Origin: Candidatus Hydrogenedentota bacterium
GTDB lineage: Bacteria > Hydrogenedentota > Hydrogenedentia > Hydrogenedentales > JAEUWI01
Assembly (NCBI GenBank): GCA_034669905.1
Contig: JAXMOL010000010.1
Coordinates: 97,037-161,036 of the forward strand
Length of the DNA: 64,000 nt
Direction: 5' to 3'
The position numbers and the translations under genes were made by a program. Below the pieces are notes generated by a model that was given only the letters and a program-made list of their open reading frames with translations, searched no databases and was not told where the DNA came from. How positions within the stretch are numbered: the stretch's first letter is position 1; the number at the start of each line of letters is the position of its first letter. Shown one piece after another: positions 50,313 through 60,218 of the stretch.

Positions 50313-51638
50313 ATGGCCGAAGATCTATTTGAAAATGCCGCTGCCGAACGGATGCGGAAGGAAGCCCCCCTGGCCCGCCGTATCGCGCCCCGCACCCTCG
50401 ATGACTTCGTGGGGCAGGAACATATCCTGGGGCCGGGAAAACTCCTGCGCCGTGCCATCGAGGCAGACCGCATCACCTCCCTTCTCCTCTATGGCCCCCC
50501 GGGCACGGGAAAAACGGCCCTGGCGCGTATCATCGCCATGCGGACCAAGTCGGCCTTTGAGCCCCTGAATGCGGTCACGTCGGGTGTGAAAGAACTCCGG
50601 GAACTCCTGGCCCAGGCCAAGCAGCGGCGCATCCACCAGCAGAAGCGCACCATCGTCTTCGTCGACGAGATTCACCGCTTCAACAAGGCCCAGCAGGATG
50701 CCCTCCTCCCCGATGTGGAGAACGGCAACATCACCATGATCGGCGCCACGACGGAAAACCCCTTCTTCTCCGTGGTCGCGCCCCTCCTCTCTCGCTCCCA
50801 GATTTTTGAGTTCAAGCGCCACACGGAAGAGGCCCTGGTCGGCCTCATGCGCCGGGCCCTCACCCATCCGGAACTGGGGATGGATCCCGAAACCATCACG
50901 GTGGACGACGATGCCCTGGCCCACATCGCACGGTATGCGGAAGGGGATGTACGCCGCTCCCTCAACGCACTGGAAGTGGCCCTGCTCACCACGCCGGTGG
51001 TCGATGAGAAAATTCATATCACCCTGGAAGAAGCGCGGGAGTCCATCCAGCGCAAACTGCTCCACTACGATGGCACGGGTGATGGCCACTACGACGCCGC
51101 CTCGGCCTTTATCAAATCCATGCGGGGGAGCAATCCCGATTCGGCCCTCTATTGGATGGCCCGCATGCTCGAGGCGGGGGAAACGCCCCGCTTTGTGGCC
51201 CGCCGCATCTGCATCGCTGCCGCCGAAGACGTGGGAAACGCCGATCCCATGGCCCTGGTGCTGGCCAACGCCGCCTTTCAGACCTGCGAATTCATCGGCA
51301 TGCCCGAAGCGCGCATCATGCTCGCCCAGGCCGTGACCTACATTGCCGCCGCGCCCAAGAGTAACGCCGCCTACACCGCCATCGACGCCGCTATTGCCGC
51401 CGTCCGGGAAGAAAAGACCACGGAAATCCCCCAACACCTTCAGGATGCCCACTACAAGGGGGCCAAGCGCCTGGGCCACGGGGCCAACTACCAATACGCC
51501 CACGACTTTGAGGACAACTATGTCCCCCAGGACTACGGCGTGCCCCGGGGCACCTTCTACCAGCCCACCGAGAATGGGAAGGAAGCCGAGATTAAGGCGT
51601 GGATGGAAGCGCTCGACGAGCGTGATCGTAAAGCATAG
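50313..51638 (+). CDS. rarA: Replication-associated recombination protein A
   Basis: GPPGTGKT, DEIHRFNKAQQD, GATTENP, SAFIKSMRGS, EDVGNADP. Confidence 0.96.
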   Translation: MAEDLFENAAAERMRKEAPLARRIAPRTLDDFVGQEHILGPGKLLRRAIEADRITSLLLYGPPGTGKTALARIIAMRTKSAFEPLNAVTSGVKELRELLAQAKQRRIHQQKRTIVFVDEIHRFNKAQQDALLPDVENGNITMIGATTENPFFSVVAPLLSRSQIFEFKRHTEEALVGLMRRALTHPELGMDPETITVDDDALAHIARYAEGDVRRSLNALEVALLTTPVVDEKIHITLEEARESIQRKLLHYDGTGDGHYDAASAFIKSMRGSNPDSALYWMARMLEAGETPRFVARRICIAAAEDVGNADPMALVLANAAFQTCEFIGMPEARIMLAQAVTYIAAAPKSNAAYTAIDAAIAAVREEKTTEIPQHLQDAHYKGAKRLGHGANYQYAHDFEDNYVPQDYGVPRGTFYQPTENGKEAEIKAWMEALDERDRKA

Positions 51639-51818
51639 GGGCACTATCCCTGCCGCCATGAACGCACATCCGTTTCACGTCCTGGCCGTCCTGTCCACAA
51701 ACCATGGCGTTTGAACCTCGGAAAGGGCACTGGACAACGGCGGGGTATCGGGCGTATCGTAAACCGTATCGAGTGGATGAGACGCGTGCGTGGACAACCG
51801 GCAGGAGAACCCGTTCCC

Positions 51819-52460
51819 ATGTTGACTATATTGTTACTCTCTGGGGCCATTGTCTTTGGACTTGCCTTCGCCATGTGGCTGGCCACCTTCCTCTTAAATC
51901 GGGGACTCAATACGAACCTCGAAACCGAGTACGAAGCCCACAAGAATGTGTGGGATCAGCTCGGCTGGGGTGCCATTCTGCTCGGCATTACGTTGGCCTT
52001 TGGCGTCGCGGTTTTTCAGATGGATGGAGACCCGGTATTGCCCGACGTGCCCCCCGGGCTCGAAAAGTTGAGCACCGACGAAGCCACGGTAGAAGCAGGG
52101 GACAACGGCATGGAAGCCACCCTGGTCGGAGGGGGTATTTTTCTCTTTGGCGCCGCTTTTCTCCTTTGGTTGGTCATCTTTTTTATAAACCGGAGTGTCA
52201 GCACCTCACTGAAGACGGCGCGGGAAGACCGGCGATCTGAAACGACCCAACTCACCCTGGGCGCCATCCTCCTCGCGGTCACGGTCGGACTCATTGTCAC
52301 CTTCTCCCAGATGGATCGCACGGCCCTCGTGCCCGATGTATCGATCGCCTCGCCCGCCGAGCGGGTACAAGCCATCGTGCCACCCAACCAGGCTTTGGAA
52401 GGCATCCCAGACCAATCGGATGAAAACGTCACAGAAGATGCGCCAGGAATCACGGAGTAG
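51819..52460 (+). CDS. Hypothetical membrane protein with internal duplication
   Basis: AGGAG RBS; two homologous 2-TM units 97 aa apart. Confidence 0.7.
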   Translation: MLTILLLSGAIVFGLAFAMWLATFLLNRGLNTNLETEYEAHKNVWDQLGWGAILLGITLAFGVAVFQMDGDPVLPDVPPGLEKLSTDEATVEAGDNGMEATLVGGGIFLFGAAFLLWLVIFFINRSVSTSLKTAREDRRSETTQLTLGAILLAVTVGLIVTFSQMDRTALVPDVSIASPAERVQAIVPPNQALEGIPDQSDENVTEDAPGITE

Positions 52461-53007
52461 GGTGTTCTGAGAATAAAGGGCCTGCCGGCCATTTTTATTC
52501 GTCTCCGAGAGGACCGGTTTCCCGAAAGGCCCAGGCCCTCCGGGATGGTCCCCAGACCGCGACAGAGCTGGTGGAGCCCCCCCCATTGACACGCTTCGCC
52601 GTTAGTGAGCACATGGATGTACTCCGAGCGTCGAACCTCATGGGGACCCGGTCCGTTCACCAACGCCCTCGATTCCGTGCATGGATCCGCGGCCCGTTCT
52701 TTTTCGGAACACTCGAATCTGTGTACCCCCGCCACCGTCTCCGCCCGCGGGAATATCCGGAATCCGCCTGGGTGTTTTCCCAAGCAGGGGGCTTGGAAGT
52801 ATCAAACCTGCCTGAAAGGATTTGAGCCCGGCCCGCCAGCCCCTCCGTTGACACCCTGAAACGAGGAATGGGTCACTGCATATACACCCCGATGGTATAC
52901 TATACATACTCCAAATCCTCCGCGCCCCACAACGGAACGAGTAGCCCCGGCCGGTCCATTGCGCGATCGACACCGATGAAGCCATTGCTATCCTGGAGGG
53001 GATTACG

Positions 53008-54450
53008 ATGACAGGTTTGGACTCGTTTCTCTATCGCCCCAAAGGCAGGTCTCTTGCCGCACTGGTCTGCGCAATGTTCACCATTGTCGTCCCCGAAGGG
53101 GCAACCGTTGCGCCAACAAATTCTGACGTCTTTGAGCAAGCAGCCACCTTATCCGCGACCGACTTGCTGCCGCCACACCTCTTATCCGGTCCCATATTCA
53201 TGGTTGAACAGGAGGTTCGTAACGACGGGGAGACGAACCACTACACGGTTCGATCGCCGCTGGGAGACCTGACCGCAGCCGGTCGCGATGAACTGGAGGC
53301 GAGCATCCAGGAGTTGCGCGCCCTGGCATTGCTCCTGGATACGGACAAGGGCACGGGCGCCATCGTCGGCTTCAACCAGGGGCTTAAGGGCGTGGTAGTT
53401 TCGCCGTACAAAACGGTAAAGCGGGTCGTCTTCAATCCCCTGTATGCGATTGAGGCCGTTCCCGGGGAGCTTGTCGACTATGCGGGAAATATCGCTTCGG
53501 TCACAGACTTGGTGAAATATGGTCCGCGGGTATTCATACGTCGAAGTCTTGGGATCGATGGTGCCCGGAAAGCCCTCGCCCGGCGTCTTCAAGTGGATAG
53601 CGATACCGACCATGAAGCCCTTCGCGCAGAGATTCAACGGGTTGGCTGGGGCTATTGGATGGGCGGACTCGTACCGAACCTTGGTGAGCAGTATATAGAC
53701 CTGGAACTCGATCTCAGCACCCAGGTTGGCAACGTGGGAGAAAGTAATCTGGGACGTGCCGTACGGGTCCTCCGGCGAGAAGTGTTTCCGATAGCGGCCC
53801 GGCGAGTCTTACGAAAAATGGACGTATCCAAAGAAGAGACCCGGGCATTTCGTAACCACCCGCACTTCTCGGGACGCATGCGTGAGCACCTCGCCCTCGC
53901 CCTCCGCGCGATGAAAGAAACGCAGGACAGACCCCACGTCGTGACCTGGGCGAATACGGCCACTTCAGAGTACACGGCGCATCAAATGGTGCGCTTCTCC
54001 CAGGTATTCGCAGTACATCATGCGACGGAATCTCCCGTGCTGGCCTTCCACACACAGGACGACATCCTCCTCATCGAATTGGCGGAGGGCAAAATGGTAC
54101 TGCCCCTGACTCAAGACTATCAGATTTGGAACGAAGCCGCTGCTAATCGCATCACCGCTGCGAAGGCAATGGTCGCCGCCCGGGGAGCGCATCTCTCAAT
54201 GGACGTCTGGTCAACCGGCTCCGTCTCCCCCCGCTTCGCGGATGAACTCGCTATGTTGGGGCATGATATTCGCCTGGAGGTAGACCGGGCATATGGCACT
54301 TTTACCCCGCCCAAACGAGGCCTCGGGCGTCTGGAAGAGCGCTACGAGAATCGGATAGAGGCGCCCCTTCGCGATCGGGTGAAAGAGCAACGGATGGTGA
54401 AACGCAACGAACGGCTCGTGCTGGAACCCTTGCCGTCCGGTCAGGAGTAA
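53008..54450 (+). CDS. Hypothetical exported protein
   Basis: 480-aa ORF, GGAGG RBS, signal-like N-terminus; no recognised motif. Confidence 0.7.
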   Translation: MTGLDSFLYRPKGRSLAALVCAMFTIVVPEGATVAPTNSDVFEQAATLSATDLLPPHLLSGPIFMVEQEVRNDGETNHYTVRSPLGDLTAAGRDELEASIQELRALALLLDTDKGTGAIVGFNQGLKGVVVSPYKTVKRVVFNPLYAIEAVPGELVDYAGNIASVTDLVKYGPRVFIRRSLGIDGARKALARRLQVDSDTDHEALRAEIQRVGWGYWMGGLVPNLGEQYIDLELDLSTQVGNVGESNLGRAVRVLRREVFPIAARRVLRKMDVSKEETRAFRNHPHFSGRMREHLALALRAMKETQDRPHVVTWANTATSEYTAHQMVRFSQVFAVHHATESPVLAFHTQDDILLIELAEGKMVLPLTQDYQIWNEAAANRITAAKAMVAARGAHLSMDVWSTGSVSPRFADELAMLGHDIRLEVDRAYGTFTPPKRGLGRLEERYENRIEAPLRDRVKEQRMVKRNERLVLEPLPSGQE

Positions 54451-54546
54451 AGCGCCATAAGTGGCACATGCCCCGGACCACTCCGTTGTTGCATCGCCCT
54501 CCCCGCGGGACTATATTGACTCCCATACCGCGAAAGGGCCGGCACC

Positions 54547-55722
54547 ATGAGCAGCAACTACGGCGATTATCAACTGGGCGTCTATCTGCAGGGCATGATG
54601 GGGCACCAGCCCGACTTCCCCTTTGAGATAGACGAAGTCGAAGAGCAGGCCCGGGAAGCCCTCGACCCCCGAGCCTATTGGTATGTGGCCGGTGGCGCAG
54701 GGTCCAACGAAACCGTCCGGCGCAACCGTCGGGCCTTCGCCCGGTGGCAGCTTATCCCCCGCATGCTCTCCGACGTGTCCAAGCGCGATCACGCGGTGAC
54801 CCTCTTCGGAGAAACCTTCCACGCGCCGCTGCTGCTCGGGCCGGTGGGCGTCCAGGAAATCATTCACCCCGAGGGCGAGCTCGCCGTGGCCCGGGCGGCC
54901 AAGTCCCTCGGCGTGCCCATGGTCTTGTCGACCCTGTCGTCCTCTCCCCTGGAGGAAGTAGCTGAAACCCTCGGCGATTCCCCCAAGTGGTTTCAACTCT
55001 ACTGGCCCGGTGACCCCGCCCTGGCGACCAGCCTGGTGCAGCGTGCCGAAGGGGCAGGCTATACGGCCATCGTTGTCACGCTGGACACCAAGCTCATGGG
55101 CTGGCGGGAAAAAGATCTCCAGACGGCCTACCTCCCCTTCCTGGAGGGCAAAGGCATTGCCAACTACGTCACGGACCCCGTGTTTTGCGAGGCACTGGAA
55201 CTCCCCCCGGCCAGTGACATGTCGTCCGCCATCGGCCACTGGGCCCAAGTCTACGCCGACGCCAGCCAGACCTGGGAAAACCTGGCCGACCTCCGCAATG
55301 CCACCACCCTGCCGATTGTCTTGAAAGGCATCCTCCACCCCGACGACGCACAAAAAGCGGTCGACCACGGTGTGGACGGCATCATTGTCTCCAACCACGG
55401 CGGACGTCAGGTAGACGGGGCCATTGGTGCGTTGGATGCCCTGCCGGGTATTGTGGCGCGGGTGCCCGAGATGCCCGTACTCTTCGACAGCGGCATACGC
55501 CACGGCGCCGACATCGTCAAGGCCCTGGCCCTCGGCGCGAAAGCCGTGTTGCTGGGAAGGCCCTACGTCTACGGCCTCGCCGCGGACGGAGAAAATGGCG
55601 TGAAGCAGGTGGTCCAGCGACTGCTCGCCGACTTCGACGTGACCATGGCCCTGACCGGTGTGGCAAAGGCCGGCGACTTGTGTCGTGCCCATGTAACGCG
55701 GGAAGACGCACTGCCGGGATGA
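54547..55722 (+). CDS. FMN-dependent alpha-hydroxy acid oxidase (lactate 2-monooxygenase-like)
   Basis: YVAGGAG, WFQLY, VTLDT, LKGI, VSNHGGRQVD, DSGIR, GRPY. Confidence 0.92.
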   Translation: MSSNYGDYQLGVYLQGMMGHQPDFPFEIDEVEEQAREALDPRAYWYVAGGAGSNETVRRNRRAFARWQLIPRMLSDVSKRDHAVTLFGETFHAPLLLGPVGVQEIIHPEGELAVARAAKSLGVPMVLSTLSSSPLEEVAETLGDSPKWFQLYWPGDPALATSLVQRAEGAGYTAIVVTLDTKLMGWREKDLQTAYLPFLEGKGIANYVTDPVFCEALELPPASDMSSAIGHWAQVYADASQTWENLADLRNATTLPIVLKGILHPDDAQKAVDHGVDGIIVSNHGGRQVDGAIGALDALPGIVARVPEMPVLFDSGIRHGADIVKALALGAKAVLLGRPYVYGLAADGENGVKQVVQRLLADFDVTMALTGVAKAGDLCRAHVTREDALPG

Positions 55723-55728
55723 GAAAAG

Positions 55729-55845
55729 AAAAGACCTGAAGGACTGAAAGGACACAAATGACACGGGCGCTGGGTTCCCTTCGTAGATAACCCGGTCTAC
55801 CGTTCCGATGTCCTTTACGTCGTTCTCGTCATTGAGGTCCTTTGT
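55729..55845. repeat. 117-bp element copy 1 (inverted 4x9-bp arms)
   Basis: aaagacctg-aaggactga-aaggacaca-aatgac ... gtcctttac-gtcgttctc-gtcattgag-gtccttt; 6 mismatches to copy 2. Confidence 0.88.
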
Positions 55846-55852
55846 TTTTCCC

Positions 55853-56926
55853 TTACTTCGCCACAAAGCGTCCGACGGGATAACCCGCCGCGTAATCAAC
55901 TTCCCAACACCCATTGGGCGTGGTGTAGCAAATCACGTCTTTCCGCTCAAAGTCGCTCGCACCCTTACGTATGGCGACCTGGGGACTGTCCGGCAGCAAT
56001 TTGGCATCGGCTACGACCGCCAGCATTTTGGTCGGGTCGCCCATACCATGGCCGGTGCCCGTAAAGATGACTCCATCCAAATCTTTTTCTTCCGGATACC
56101 GCGCTACCACGGGTAGCCCCGCCGCTTTCATGTTGGCCACCACCACCCGTTTATCTTCGACGGGACACACATCGTCTGTCGCGCCGTGCACCACAAAAAT
56201 CTGCGCCTCCTGCCCATAGTCTTTCATTTGTTGGAGATGGGTTGTATTCCCGAGGTCACGCAAGACCTGGGCGTCGGGTGAAAGATAGGCGGGGCTCTCA
56301 GGGTCTTGCGAATACCCCGCGTTCAACCGCGAACCGCCTTCGAGATGGTAGGCAATGTCGTCGCTCAGCCGGGCCATCCCACAGAAATCAATAATGGCCG
56401 CAAAGGTGCGTGGAGCGAGCTTGTTCGCCATCTGGGTCACGTTGCCCCCACCGGAATACCCCGTGCAGTAGATTCGGCCGGTGTGAAATTTCGTAGCGCT
56501 TTGTTCCAGACCGTTGTACATCCAATAGAGCGAACGGAGGACATCCAAGGCTTGAAGGTAGCCAAAGTCATAGGGCGGCATGGTCGTTCCTTCGTAGGGA
56601 CCGCTCTGGAGATAGTCCACGCAAATGGCGACCACGTTGTAACGGTCCGCCAGGGTCTGTGGATCGGGCACACCATCCGCGTGGGTGCCCCCCCAATAGT
56701 GGAGGGCCAGGAAGAGGCCCGTGCTCTCGTTGATATTCGCCTGCTTCTTTCCCGGGTAGTAGACGTAGGCCGTAATCATCCGGGGACTTTCCTGAAAGGC
56801 CCATTCCTGCGCCGGAAGTTCTGCGGAACCGTTTTCGGTGGGCAAAGGCGGCCAGGGCCGTTCATCGGCGAAGACACCGCTGGCCAGACTCAACACAATA
56901 ACGAGGAAAGGGGTCATGGTTTTCAT
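55853..56926 (-). CDS. Secreted alpha/beta hydrolase (DUF2920-like), paralogue A
   Basis: Signal peptide, GYLQALD, GYSGGG nucleophile, VHGATDD, GHG. Confidence 0.78.
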   Translation of the reverse strand: MKTMTPFLVIVLSLASGVFADERPWPPLPTENGSAELPAQEWAFQESPRMITAYVYYPGKKQANINESTGLFLALHYWGGTHADGVPDPQTLADRYNVVAICVDYLQSGPYEGTTMPPYDFGYLQALDVLRSLYWMYNGLEQSATKFHTGRIYCTGYSGGGNVTQMANKLAPRTFAAIIDFCGMARLSDDIAYHLEGGSRLNAGYSQDPESPAYLSPDAQVLRDLGNTTHLQQMKDYGQEAQIFVVHGATDDVCPVEDKRVVVANMKAAGLPVVARYPEEKDLDGVIFTGTGHGMGDPTKMLAVVADAKLLPDSPQVAIRKGASDFERKDVICYTTPNGCWEVDYAAGYPVGRFVAK

Positions 56927-57009
56927 GTAAGGGCTCCATGGTGTTTCAAGGGTCGAACATTGAGATGACTCGGCAGCATGAAGATTGGGATGGGGAGCCA
57001 CCGAAATAA

Positions 57010-57126
57010 AAAAGACCTGAAGGACTGAAAGGACATAAATGACACGGGCGCTGGGTTCCCTTCGCAGATAACCCGGTCTACCGTTCCGATGTCCTTTACG
57101 TCGCTTTCGTCCTTTAGGTCCTTTGT
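57010..57126. repeat. 117-bp element copy 2
   Basis: Direct repeat of 55729-55845, 1281 bp apart. Confidence 0.88.
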
Positions 57127-57133
57127 CCTTCTC

Positions 57134-58210
57134 TTACTTCTCCACCATGCGTCCCACGGGATAGCCCGCCGTATAGTCAATTTCCCAACAGCCATTGGGC
57201 GTGGTGTAGCAAATTACGTCTTTCCGCTCGAAGTCGCTCTTCCCCTGGCGCACGGCGGCGTCGGGGCTATCGGGCAACAACTGGGGATCGGCCATGTGCT
57301 GCACGATCCGGGTGCGGTCACCCAGGCTATGCCACGTGCCCTTAAACACCGTGCCGTCCACGTGGGCCTCGGTCAGGAACAAGGCCGTCACCGGCATGCC
57401 CGCTGACGCCATGTTGCGCACCACGTCTTGCTTGTCGGCCACCGGGCACACATCATCTGTAGTCCCATGGACCACGAAAATCTTCGTTTCCTGCCCGTAG
57501 TCTACCATCTGCTTCAGGTGAATCGGATTACTGAGATCCCGCAGGGCCTGGGCGTCGGGAGAGAGGTATTCGGGGCTCGCCGGGTCCTGGCTGTAACCCG
57601 CGTTGAGGTAGGAGTTCCCTTCAAGTCCGTAGGCGATATCGTCGTTCAATTTCGCCATACCGCACATATCGATAATCGCGGCGAAGGTCCGAGGCGCGAG
57701 TTTGTTGGCCATCTGGGTCACGTTGCCGCCGCCCGAGCCACCGGTGGAATAGATGCGCCCGGAATTAAAGGGAATCCCCCCGGTCTGAAGGCCGTTGTAG
57801 GTCCAGTAGAGGGCGCGGAGTGCGTCCAGCGCCTGAAGATACCCATAGTCATAGGGCGGCATACTTTCGCTGTCATACTTCCCGCTCTGGAGATAATCCA
57901 CACACAGCACGACCACGTTGTAGCGGTCCACGAGTGTCTGGGGGTCGGCCGCCCCCGTCGCATGGGTCCCGCCCCAGTTGTGAAGGCTCAAGAAGATCCC
58001 CGTGTTTGCGTCGACATGGGCGAGGGCCTTACCGGGGTAGTAGATGTAGGCCTTGATGCTGCGTGGACCTTCTTGGAAGGCCCAATCCTGTGCGGGAAGT
58101 TCCACGCTTCCGTTTTCAGCGGGCAATGCGGGCCAGGGCCGATCATCGGCGGCAAGGACCGGAAAACTGATACCCAGAAACAGGACGAGGAAAGAAATAA
58201 TTGGCTTCAT
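57134..58210 (-). CDS. Secreted alpha/beta hydrolase (DUF2920-like), paralogue B
   Basis: Collinear with paralogue A; GGSGGG nucleophile, VHGTTDD, WHS. Confidence 0.78.
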   Translation of the reverse strand: MKPIISFLVLFLGISFPVLAADDRPWPALPAENGSVELPAQDWAFQEGPRSIKAYIYYPGKALAHVDANTGIFLSLHNWGGTHATGAADPQTLVDRYNVVVLCVDYLQSGKYDSESMPPYDYGYLQALDALRALYWTYNGLQTGGIPFNSGRIYSTGGSGGGNVTQMANKLAPRTFAAIIDMCGMAKLNDDIAYGLEGNSYLNAGYSQDPASPEYLSPDAQALRDLSNPIHLKQMVDYGQETKIFVVHGTTDDVCPVADKQDVVRNMASAGMPVTALFLTEAHVDGTVFKGTWHSLGDRTRIVQHMADPQLLPDSPDAAVRQGKSDFERKDVICYTTPNGCWEIDYTAGYPVGRMVEK

Positions 58211-58338
58211 GAAATATCTCCGAGACGTTTTGGCTTTAAAACTACAGCCCGACGAGTATGGGGAATGGCGTGTGAACTTCGCAAACATTCCTGACCGGTC
58301 GCCTACCTATGTGCCCTATCGGGATGCCCCGGAAAGTC

Positions 58339-59454
58339 TCACTCCAGGTTCTCGCGAAAACGGCGGTTCTCCATCGGATCGCCCGGATAATCGAAGAGAT
58401 AGGCGACGCCCTGTTTGGACTTGAAAATCTGCCGGGAACTATGGCCCACACCCGGGACCACCACAAGGGTCTGCCGCTCCGCTATCTCGGCCCCAAATAC
58501 ATGCTTGAGATAGTTGAAGTATATCGTCGCGCGCTGGAGGCGGGTCCTCCCCTGCATCTTTGCCCGACAGCTGTTAGACAAGGACGAGTCACGGCTATCG
58601 TTGTCTTCCGCCCCGACCATATAAATCACATTGCGGGAGGCATAGGAATCCCTGAGAAGCGCCCCCCCGTTTTCCCGGTGGTAGCTATAGAGTTTTTCGG
58701 GACCATAGCCGTAGTGATTGTAGTTTTCGCAATCGCTGAAATCCGGAACGGCGAATTGGGTGGTCGTCCCGGGAACTACGCGTTCCGGCGTGAAGTACAC
58801 ACACGTGGACGGATTGCACACGATATAGCGAAGGGAGATACCTGCGGGACTGGCCACCTTGTCTTCGAAGGGACTGCTGGCCGCATAGCGGTTAACAAAT
58901 TGTCCGCCTGCCGAGTGGCCAATGATGACAATGCGCTCTAAGCGTGGAAACAAGGTCCGGTTTGAGACGCTCGCCAAGAGCTGGTCCAGAATTTCAAAGG
59001 AACTGACCCGCCGCGCTTGTTTTCCAGTAGAGAGCCCCCCCCAGAAACTGACGCCGCTGGTCCAATAAATATCATTGTCATCCAGGGTCATCTCCGTATG
59101 GTTTCCATCGTCCAACAATTGGGGCGCGATGACCAGGGTGCGACGAGATTGAGACGGAGCCTGCTTCCCCGCTTCCAGTATGCGTTTGAGATAGGCCGGT
59201 GCCTCGGGTCCGCGCCCATGGACTGCGACAATGATCCGATTGATTCGCATGTCTGGCTGATCGATGGGCTGACTGCAACTGTAAGGAAGCTCCATGGTCA
59301 TGCCGTCGACCGTGATGGGGAACCGCTCGGGGGAAAGTTCGAGCCCGTCAACCCCCATTGTCAGTAAGAGTGTCGCGCACCCGACAAGCACGCTCCGGGC
59401 GACACGATGCGCCCACTTTAATCCGCCAAATTGATACACCTTACACGTCCCCAT
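58339..59454 (-). CDS. Alpha/beta hydrolase
   Basis: VAVHG, VIAPQ, GHSAGGQFVNRYA, VPGVGH; start uncertain. Confidence 0.78.
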   Translation of the reverse strand: MGTCKVYQFGGLKWAHRVARSVLVGCATLLLTMGVDGLELSPERFPITVDGMTMELPYSCSQPIDQPDMRINRIIVAVHGRGPEAPAYLKRILEAGKQAPSQSRRTLVIAPQLLDDGNHTEMTLDDNDIYWTSGVSFWGGLSTGKQARRVSSFEILDQLLASVSNRTLFPRLERIVIIGHSAGGQFVNRYAASSPFEDKVASPAGISLRYIVCNPSTCVYFTPERVVPGTTTQFAVPDFSDCENYNHYGYGPEKLYSYHRENGGALLRDSYASRNVIYMVGAEDNDSRDSSLSNSCRAKMQGRTRLQRATIYFNYLKHVFGAEIAERQTLVVVPGVGHSSRQIFKSKQGVAYLFDYPGDPMENRRFRENLE

Positions 59455-59548
59455 GTGTTGTCTATCTGCCGCGATTTTACGCGGGCCGGTTTCAGGAAAC
59501 CACGCCACGCGTTGGACTTCTATCACTTCTCCGAGCCACCTCGTTGGA

Positions 59549-59989
59549 TTATTTCTTGCTGCCACAGCCACCCGAGCCGCATCCGCCACTGCCGCATCCC
59601 CCGCCTTTGGAGGCCGCCGCGGCCATCAGTTGCTCTTCGGTGGGTCGGGCGTGACGGTACCAGGCCACCACAAGGCAGGCCATCCAGATGGCGGCAATCA
59701 ACAGGCCGCCGCCCTCCCGGGTGAGCTCGCTCTTGAGATAGGGTGATTCAAAACTGGGAATCAGATAGGTAAAGCCCCCCAGGTAACCGATAAGCCCGGG
59801 GATGGCCCAGCCAGAATAGAGGCCCATGATCGCGGGAATCGTGAGGAGAATGCTGTAGCCGTAGATAAACATCCAGACGACGCCATCGGGGTCATTGGCC
59901 TGCACGACGACGGACGCGCCCAAGGGCAGGAGCATAAACACACAGAGCACGCGAAAGGGAGTGACCATTTTATTCTTGGAATCCATCAT
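59549..59989 (-). CDS. TMEM220-family membrane protein with Gly/Cys tail
   Basis: VQANDPD..WMFIYG, REGGGLLI; tail GGGCGSGGCGSGGCGSKK. Confidence 0.78.
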   Translation of the reverse strand: MMDSKNKMVTPFRVLCVFMLLPLGASVVVQANDPDGVVWMFIYGYSILLTIPAIMGLYSGWAIPGLIGYLGGFTYLIPSFESPYLKSELTREGGGLLIAAIWMACLVVAWYRHARPTEEQLMAAAASKGGGCGSGGCGSGGCGSKK

Positions 59990-60218
59990 TAAATCCTCGC
60001 TGTTGTACCCCTGGCCGCTTGATCGCAGGCAACCGGAAACCCGTTTCGCCAGAGCGCTTCGTCTCGTGCGCGGGTCCATTCCTCACCACGGCGAGTCTCC
60101 GACCCTCCTGGGAGGGGAGCGTTCTCTGAAATCGGTCTCAATTCACCGGGTTACGCCGTGAGCCACCCCGATAACTTCTCTCACTAGTTTAGCGCCCTTC
60201 ACCCGTCGATCCAAATTG

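Noticed and set aside
1..51638. Apparent DNA-repair or defence island (comEC, addAB, XPB, recO, alkD-like, rarA)
   Set aside because: Genes are dispersed among housekeeping loci in different orientations, with no mobility markers; addAB and XPB look like ordinary repair genes
52461..53007. Possible tmRNA or 6S RNA (GGTTCGAC and CTCCACCA words on the minus strand)
   Set aside because: No tRNA-like acceptor or T-arm geometry; better explained as a REP-like hairpin; an Rfam scan would settle it
55853..58210. Diversity-generating retroelement TR/VR pair suggested by near-identical 3' ends
   Set aside because: Differences are not adenine-specific, both copies are full genes, and there is no reverse transcriptase in the window
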